Below are positions 8,184-14,788 of a DNA stretch of 39,224 bases, piece by piece (the first letter of the stretch is position 1; each line of letters starts with the position of its first letter). The position numbers and the translations under genes were made by a program. Below the pieces are notes generated by a model that had not been told where the DNA came from, did no database searches, and saw only the letters and a list, made by a program, of their open reading frames with translations. The stretch covers positions 2,654 to 41,877 of the forward strand of contig CAZYIM010000025.1 in NCBI GenBank assembly GCA_964647565.1, given 5' to 3'. This DNA comes from an uncultured Methanosarcinales archaeon. GTDB taxonomy: Archaea > Nanobdellota > Nanobdellia > Woesearchaeales > CAZYIM01.

Positions 8184-10137
8184 GAATGATAATAAGTAAA
8201 TCCTGGACATCAACAGTACCATCACTAGTAAGATCATACTCAGAAGTGCCAAAAGCCCTAACCAACAACACAAGATCTAATATATCCACAACTCCATCCT
8301 CATTCAGATCAGCAGCAACAAAGCCGCTACCCTCATCATCTACATACACAAACTTAACAGCATCTGCAACCACAGCACCATTGGCACCTGAAGCTTTCAG
8401 TTTTACAAACCCGGTTGTTCCTTTTTCAAAACTGAAGATACCAAGCGAATTCCATTTACCCTGAATGGCGCTCTGATCAATCAATCCTGTTTCAACACCA
8501 TTTGCATGCTTCAACTCATACTCAACATTTGATGCTTCCTGTTTATCCTTAATATTTCCATGCCACTCAAAAACCTCATAATCCCCTGCTATGCTGATGG
8601 TCGGCCTAAAAACAGCATTTCCTGAATCCTCAGTTGTATAAGCTGTCAGGTAGAGTTTGTCCTTTAGATTCATAGCGCAATGAGCAACAGCATAGTGGCT
8701 ACCACCCTCGCATGAATGTTGCCAATTTCCAGAAAACTCTGCTTTCCTTGAAGCGGGGGATGTACCGCTGTTATGATCATCTATGATTATTTCTGAAACA
8801 ACTGTTTGAGGTATCTTTACCAACACAATACCATCACCACTTTTATAATCCAATTTATTTTCTTTAAAACTATAGCCTTTCAGATCAACAAAATTAAACA
8901 ATTCTCCATTATTGAAATCAGAATCCTGACCGCCTCTAAACCTATAGTATGGCCCATCATAGCCATCAAGTTCCTTCAACTGTTCATCAGTCACAGTCAC
9001 ATCATGGCCATTAGCATTCAGGATTGCAGCACCCTGATCAAAGAACCTTGCCCATATCTCACTCTGACCAATCCTCTGCATCTCAGAGGTCGGGCATCCT
9101 ACATCAAGATCATACTCATCATAGTATTTGTTGTGCAGGTGTTCATATCTTCCACCACCATCTATCAAGAGCAGCGGTTCATACTGGAAATAGAATCCCC
9201 ACATCATTGTCTGAGTCAGGCCATATCGGATATAGGGAAAAAACTCCCATTCAGGATTCGGATTGTCTGGATGGCCCCAGCTTGCCTGATACAGGAATAA
9301 GGAAATATGTGGTTGGGCTGTTCTCTTGATGTTATGATCCATATTTCGTCGCTTCCAGTCAAAATCATGATCGGGGCCTGAATATTCCCAAATCAATCCA
9401 TTAGGTACGGTGATGTCTGCTAACCCCCTAAACCCTGCACCAGTATTTATTATCATGTATTTATCAGGTCCAATCCGATCTCTGACATTCTGCATCAAAG
9501 TGATAACTCCATTATTCCAATGTTCAGTGACCCAGGGAATATGCGTATGGTACTCATCAAAAAAATCCTCAGTTGGATGTTCATCCCAGTCACTGACTCC
9601 ATTACGATTAATGTCAATGTTCTTGGGAGTGCGCCATTTCATGTGCTCACCTGCATAGAGACCATCAGTTGCAATCCCGTCATAAAGATCCATATTCATC
9701 TCATCAAACAAGAAATCAACAAAGAATTCATTGAATTTCTTTCCATCATATAAAGGACAGACATCAGCAAAATTGCCAGCCATCTGGCCTACTGCAGGAT
9801 TTAAACCAACATACCACCCATATGTTTCACCTTTTGATGTCATCAGCCTGTGAGGCTCAGGTATTTTTTCATTCATATGTGCAGCGGCATTCCAGTCCTC
9901 AGTCCCGATTATTTTTATTGCTGGATTCAACTGTTTGATCTTCTCTAGGTTTTCGCTATTGATAAGAGGCCTTCCACTTGGCCTACCTATAACTATGTCA
10001 AACCTGGACCACCATTCAACTGCGCCGCCAGGCCACTGGAAATTACTAATCCTCGGATAATGATGGCCACATTCTTGCGCAGAAATAATAGGTGTTAAAA
10101 CCAACAGGACCAAGAACAGCAAGATACACCTCTTCAT
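8173..10137 (-). CDS. Secreted putative glycoside hydrolase + golvesin/Xly CBM-like + dockerin-like domain (paralog)
   Basis: YPRI, DGIATDG, NGLIWE, YYDEYDLDVGCP, IIIDD, ADAVKFV, dockerin. Start placed at MKRCI (10137), 22 nt after TTTTTTATAT. Confidence 0.75.
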   Translation of the reverse strand: MKRCILLFLVLLVLTPIISAQECGHHYPRISNFQWPGGAVEWWSRFDIVIGRPSGRPLINSENLEKIKQLNPAIKIIGTEDWNAAAHMNEKIPEPHRLMTSKGETYGWYVGLNPAVGQMAGNFADVCPLYDGKKFNEFFVDFLFDEMNMDLYDGIATDGLYAGEHMKWRTPKNIDINRNGVSDWDEHPTEDFFDEYHTHIPWVTEHWNNGVITLMQNVRDRIGPDKYMIINTGAGFRGLADITVPNGLIWEYSGPDHDFDWKRRNMDHNIKRTAQPHISLFLYQASWGHPDNPNPEWEFFPYIRYGLTQTMMWGFYFQYEPLLLIDGGGRYEHLHNKYYDEYDLDVGCPTSEMQRIGQSEIWARFFDQGAAILNANGHDVTVTDEQLKELDGYDGPYYRFRGGQDSDFNNGELFNFVDLKGYSFKENKLDYKSGDGIVLVKIPQTVVSEIIIDDHNSGTSPASRKAEFSGNWQHSCEGGSHYAVAHCAMNLKDKLYLTAYTTEDSGNAVFRPTISIAGDYEVFEWHGNIKDKQEASNVEYELKHANGVETGLIDQSAIQGKWNSLGIFSFEKGTTGFVKLKASGANGAVVADAVKFVYVDDEGSGFVAADLNEDGVVDILDLVLLVRAFGTSEYDLTSDGTVDVQDLLIIIQKL

Positions 10138-10169
10138 ATAAGTGATATGAATAGAGCTCATATAAAAAA

Positions 10170-13085
10170 CTATAGATTGTTGATGACCACAAGTAAATCC
10201 TTGACATCAACAGTACCATCACCAGTAAGATCATGTTCCGATGTACCAAATGCTCGGATGACAAGGATTAGATCCTGGATATCAACAACACCATCTTTGC
10301 TTACATCTGCAATTTGGTCTTTACTCTTGATCAATATTGACGCGGCCCTTACAAAATAGCCTTGTGTTAATCCTCCTAAATTTGAATCAAACCTAAAACC
10401 GAGTGTGTTGCTTCCACTATCCAGGTTTGATAAGGGGATCTCATGACAAAATTCCATTTCGGTATTATCTCCTGTCACAGAGATAGGATTCCAACTGCCG
10501 AAATTTACCTTGAAACTCCCTTCTTGATCAGAGTCCACATCAAACACCTTGAACTTGATTATTGCAGATTCAACACTAGAAATTTCAATACCCCTAACAG
10601 TGCAAGTTCTTAATGTTCCGGGAGGTTGACTTACATTCAAGGGCATAGGGGTGCATGGAATGGTCCTATCATAAGATACACCTGTTGGACAATTGGTTGA
10701 AACATCTATACAAGTTCCTATTATGCAGCAGAGTTCACCATGATCAGATGAATTGATGAAACGGCCTCCAACACAACTCTGGCCAGATGAACATGGTTGA
10801 CCATTCTTAGAGGAGCAAGTACTATCTTCACCTCCACCATCCTGGCCACAATCAGAGATAGACACACTGAGTGATCCAGCATTATCTTTAGCAAAAGAGT
10901 CTGTGATATTAAACTTGAATTTTGCGTTCTTTCCAGGCAGATTCACAGAATATATGTGGTTCGCATTATATGCGCCCCAATCGATGTTAGCCCCATCAAT
11001 TGATAGGTCAAGATAGTGAGGAACAGGATGCACGTTTTCACCCTCACCTTTATGCCAACCCGGATGTCCATGGCTTGTCAATTCAGACCATTCAGCATCA
11101 GCAATGCCATCGGGCTGTGCAGGGAACCAGTATTGATAAGTACCTGATGCAGTTATCTTATAAGTTTTAGAACTCGAATAGGTTTTAGTGGTTTGGCCCC
11201 CCCTTCCATCTACATAGACCGTCACTTGCTCGAGTTGCAAACATTCCAAATCCCCTGTATTGGTATAGAGCTGGCTATGCGCGGTATTGAAATTATTATC
11301 AATTGCCAAGATCTTATACTGCAGATATTGATTAGGTATGACGCCAGAAAATGTGCTGCCTGTCGGAGTCATCTTAATATATTTTTGTATTCCGCCCTCT
11401 TTATATAATATATACGCATATTGTGCTCCTGAAATAGTTGATGTCACTGTCAGGGTTGTACCTGAAATCTGGCTTGTGACACTGGCAATACTAGGAGCTG
11501 TAAAGTCTGTCAATGCCAGGCTATCTTGCTGGGCATACTGGGCCCAAACATTATAATATTCAAAGATGTGATTGAATCTTGAATCGATGGTATCTCCGAT
11601 GATAACAATCAGATCACGACTAATAGTGCCGACCAGATGATGGTTGACCAATCCAGCTTCTTCTATTCCAGGAAGCTTTTTAAAATTATATCCCATCAAT
11701 CGTGCTCCGACTGCGTCAAGGGCAACCGGATCAATACTGGCCAGGGCTATCTTCATATCATAGGGATCGCTGCCTGCTGCATTCTTCTCATTGGCCACTA
11801 TTCCATCCAGAACATTGAAATATTTTCTTTGTTTGGTAGATCTTACACTACCTTGGGAATCTGCATAAAGAACTATCCTATTTAGATCCAATATGCTTCT
11901 CCAAAGCACGTCATTTCCAAAGGTGACATCATAAGATCCTCGAGCATCACCTTTCTTGTTATGGGGTATCCTGACAAAACCTGCATCACTGTTATCATAG
12001 GTAGAAGCCACTGTTATACCAACAAGATTCTTTAAGGCAAGAGTCACGATATTAGTCCAATGATTTTTCATCTTAGGCACATTGATGATCACATCTGAAT
12101 CCAGGACATACTCGCTTATTGCATACCAACCCATGGCTTGACCATTAGGATTGATCCCATATGAATCTGCTGTCTTGTAATACTGATGGTTGTATAATGT
12201 CACATCATAATAGCCCATATCATAATCAGTGTAACTTGAACCTGCAAAAGCACTGTTCTGGTCAAGGTTGATCCATCGCCATTTCTTATTAGTGCCCCTA
12301 TCGTTAAGATTCACAATCCTGATTTCGATATTGGCATGTTTTGTATCTAAAGCTTCGACCATCGCAACATATTTGGTATCCAGAAGATATTTCTCACCAT
12401 TGGTAAATCCAGGGCTACCATCGCCAACCCATATCTTAGTTGCACCTGCTGTAACCGCCATGTCTATCAAAGGCCTGACAACTGACGGATGACTATATGC
12501 CGCACCACTGGCAGCAACCATGTTAGGTTTTATAAGCACTGTATCGCCTTGGCTAATCAAGTCTGATAAAGGGTCTGATTGGGTTCCCAGTGCTGTCCCA
12601 ACAACCACATCCCATATAAAATAATACACAGGATTGTCTCTTGCATCATAAGGAGGAGTTGTGCCGTAGCTGACAGAAGCATCATAGTTAAAACTCACAA
12701 TCGGATCTTCTGGTGAGAGTGGATTAAGGCATATATATGCAGGAATAGTCCTGCTGCCCAAAACTCTCAACTGTTCTTGTTGGTAGTCTGAATAAAGCCT
12801 AAAAGAGCATATTAATAATATAGGTATAAGCAATATCAAGAAAAAAGTCAATGGTTTTCCTATCATGAAGCGCCAGATGTGTTTCCTTTTTTTGTAAATG
12901 ACAGCTGGAAGCAGTCCAAGAAAAGAGCTCATCTGGAATACCGCCGCCTTCTGGCAGGGATATGTTATTCTGGTGGGTCTTGGTATGACCCTAAACAAGA
13001 ACCAAGCCAGGCTCAAAATTGTAAATACAAGATAGCTATGCTTGAACTTTCCAAGAAAACCTAGTTTATTATGTTTCTTGCACAT
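10170..13085 (-). CDS. DUF362 domain protein with N-terminal membrane segments, Ig-like/lectin-like beta domains and C-terminal dockerin-like domain
   Basis: DUF362 motifs VLIKPNMV, SHPSVV, VGDGS, INVPKMKNH...TLALKNLVG, LDGI, DPVALDAVGARLMG; two N-terminal hydrophobic segments; terminal DVSKDGVVDIQDL...DLTGDGTVDVKDL. Confidence 0.8.
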   Translation of the reverse strand: MCKKHNKLGFLGKFKHSYLVFTILSLAWFLFRVIPRPTRITYPCQKAAVFQMSSFLGLLPAVIYKKRKHIWRFMIGKPLTFFLILLIPILLICSFRLYSDYQQEQLRVLGSRTIPAYICLNPLSPEDPIVSFNYDASVSYGTTPPYDARDNPVYYFIWDVVVGTALGTQSDPLSDLISQGDTVLIKPNMVAASGAAYSHPSVVRPLIDMAVTAGATKIWVGDGSPGFTNGEKYLLDTKYVAMVEALDTKHANIEIRIVNLNDRGTNKKWRWINLDQNSAFAGSSYTDYDMGYYDVTLYNHQYYKTADSYGINPNGQAMGWYAISEYVLDSDVIINVPKMKNHWTNIVTLALKNLVGITVASTYDNSDAGFVRIPHNKKGDARGSYDVTFGNDVLWRSILDLNRIVLYADSQGSVRSTKQRKYFNVLDGIVANEKNAAGSDPYDMKIALASIDPVALDAVGARLMGYNFKKLPGIEEAGLVNHHLVGTISRDLIVIIGDTIDSRFNHIFEYYNVWAQYAQQDSLALTDFTAPSIASVTSQISGTTLTVTSTISGAQYAYILYKEGGIQKYIKMTPTGSTFSGVIPNQYLQYKILAIDNNFNTAHSQLYTNTGDLECLQLEQVTVYVDGRGGQTTKTYSSSKTYKITASGTYQYWFPAQPDGIADAEWSELTSHGHPGWHKGEGENVHPVPHYLDLSIDGANIDWGAYNANHIYSVNLPGKNAKFKFNITDSFAKDNAGSLSVSISDCGQDGGGEDSTCSSKNGQPCSSGQSCVGGRFINSSDHGELCCIIGTCIDVSTNCPTGVSYDRTIPCTPMPLNVSQPPGTLRTCTVRGIEISSVESAIIKFKVFDVDSDQEGSFKVNFGSWNPISVTGDNTEMEFCHEIPLSNLDSGSNTLGFRFDSNLGGLTQGYFVRAASILIKSKDQIADVSKDGVVDIQDLILVIRAFGTSEHDLTGDGTVDVKDLLVVINNL

Positions 13086-13233
13086 TTTAGTTTTAAGGCA
13101 AGAGGTTTGAAAAAAGCGCTTTAAAACCTAACACCTCTTTTGATACTTTCTTCATATTACTTATATAAAAAGTTATGGATTGTCATCACTTCCAATAGAA
13201 AGCTTTTAAAACAAGGACAACTATAGGTGACTT

Positions 13234-13584
13234 ATGTCATATGATTATAAACAGGTCATCCTTGTTCGACAGGATCTGAAACTGCAGAAAGGCAAGATGT
13301 CAGCGCAGGTAGCCCATGCCAGTGTTGAAGCTGTGATGCGCAGTGATAAGGACAAGGTCAAAGAGTGGCGCAAGGAGGGCATGAAGAAGGTAGTGCTAAA
13401 GGTTGCAGATCTTAAGGAACTTCATAAGTTTAACCAGATGGCAAAAGATGCAGGGTTGACAACTGCCACCATCACAGACGCAGGCCATACAGCAGTGGCT
13501 CCTGGAACTATGACTTCCTGTGCAATTGGACCTGATAAAGAAGATGATATTGATGCGGTCACTGGCGACCTGCAGATGATTTAG
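13234..13584 (+). CDS. pth2: Peptidyl-tRNA hydrolase, Pth2 type
   Basis: KQVILVRQDLKLQKGKMSAQVAHA, KKVVLK, DAGHT, IGP motifs; GGTGA SD upstream. Confidence 0.95.
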   Translation: MSYDYKQVILVRQDLKLQKGKMSAQVAHASVEAVMRSDKDKVKEWRKEGMKKVVLKVADLKELHKFNQMAKDAGLTTATITDAGHTAVAPGTMTSCAIGPDKEDDIDAVTGDLQMI

Positions 13585-14626
13585 GCGTATTCAGTTTTTC
13601 TTCCTTTATGAGACTCTTATCCTTAGGTTCTTCATAAAGACGTGTTACCTCTGTACAGCTATTTGGATCTGTCCACCATAGAATACCATCGCTATATAGC
13701 TTGGTGGTGTAAAGACCCATACCGCCAAGCTGTTTGTGCTCTCCGTTCTTAGGTTTAAGAAGTTTCAAGACATTGCTCTTATCTAAGAATAATTGCAAGG
13801 GCATCACAACTTGATGTTTAACATTCCTATCTACAGTCACAACTTTTAAGTTCTGTGTCTTTTCAGTCTCATAGAATATAATGTGGAACTCCAAAGGCTC
13901 ATAGATACTTCCGTCATTGCCATGGTAAAAACTATTACGGTTATCTTCTCCTGTTGTGTACTCGATCCTGCCCACTTTTTCCTCAGTAAAACCTTTTTTT
14001 CTTGCGTCGCCACATATGTAATTCATTATCTGGTTAAAGTTAGTTTGAGCAGCTCCGTGAGTAAAATCCTTAAATTCTGCCTTAATGGCGTCCAGGTCTT
14101 TAATATAACCTCTTTGGGACATCTCAGTATATATAGATTCTTCATCTTCAGGAGTAAGTATTCTCTTCTCTCTTTTCAGTTCATGGATCTTATCAGCCAT
14201 AATAGAATAGAATTCATCAGACCATGGATGAATAGGGAATTTAAGCAGTTTCCTCTTTATTTTTTTAAAATATTTAGGGGTCGTCGATTTCTGTGAATCT
14301 TCATAGCTCCTCAATCCGCCCCGACCAATTAAGGATTTGAAGAATTTCTTGAACTTAAATTTCCTGATCTCTTTTTTAGCATGTTTTAGCTTGTCTGAAA
14401 GAATAGGCACATAATGTTCGTAATCAGGGAATTTGAAATACTTATATTTTGTGATATCTCCCTGCCCATCTTCACCCCATTGGTTTTCAGGAAGGTGTTT
14501 GATCTCTAGAAAAGCGACCTTTTCATCCTCATCACGCATAAGTACTGTAAACGGTGCGCCAGTCAATTCCTGTATCTCTTTAAGTCTCCCTTCCAAAGTC
14601 TCTTGTTCAGTATTGACTTCTTGCAT
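13559..14626 (-). CDS. Hypothetical protein
   Basis: Long ORF (382 aa from TTG 14707); start moved to ATG 14626 (MQEV), which has a TATA-like TTAATAAA about 25 nt upstream. 3' end overlaps pth2 convergently by 26 nt. Confidence 0.6.
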   Translation of the reverse strand: MQEVNTEQETLEGRLKEIQELTGAPFTVLMRDEDEKVAFLEIKHLPENQWGEDGQGDITKYKYFKFPDYEHYVPILSDKLKHAKKEIRKFKFKKFFKSLIGRGGLRSYEDSQKSTTPKYFKKIKRKLLKFPIHPWSDEFYSIMADKIHELKREKRILTPEDEESIYTEMSQRGYIKDLDAIKAEFKDFTHGAAQTNFNQIMNYICGDARKKGFTEEKVGRIEYTTGEDNRNSFYHGNDGSIYEPLEFHIIFYETEKTQNLKVVTVDRNVKHQVVMPLQLFLDKSNVLKLLKPKNGEHKQLGGMGLYTTKLYSDGILWWTDPNSCTEVTRLYEEPKDKSLIKEEKLNTPKSSAGRQ

Positions 14627-14788
14627 TTTAACTACTTTAAAGTGATTACTATTTATTAAGTTTTCGGTTTTTATGCCACATAAGCCCGCTAAAAAAAGAT
14701 CCTTCAATCATATAAACACATTATAAACTTCTTTTTATTTAAAATTTATTAAAAAGATTTATAAAAACCATTTAACCTATTTTTTCCC

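Larger units (their letters stand above)
135..10310 (-). repeat. Six copies of a 46-aa dockerin-like coding module at 135-272, 2270-2407, 4174-4311, 6124-6261, 8176-8313, 10173-10310
   Basis: Ungapped consensus [AG]D.N.D.VVDI.DL.LLVRAFGTS..DLT.DG.V[DN]V.DLL.I...L immediately before each stop codon. Confidence 0.9.

Noticed and set aside
135..10310. Dockerin repeats as CRISPR, DGR template/variable repeats or integron attC sites
   Set aside because: Repeats are in-frame coding and about 2 kb apart, differences look largely synonymous rather than adenine-specific, and no cas, reverse transcriptase or integrase gene is in the window.
109..10359. Recurrent plus-strand ORFs with similar S/T-rich sequences (109, 4202, 6137, 8186, 10147)
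   Set aside because: Antisense shadows of the repeated dockerin coding module, not an independent gene family.
13559..13584. Convergent overlap of pth2 and the hypothetical gene
   Set aside because: Short 3' overlaps are common in compact genomes.
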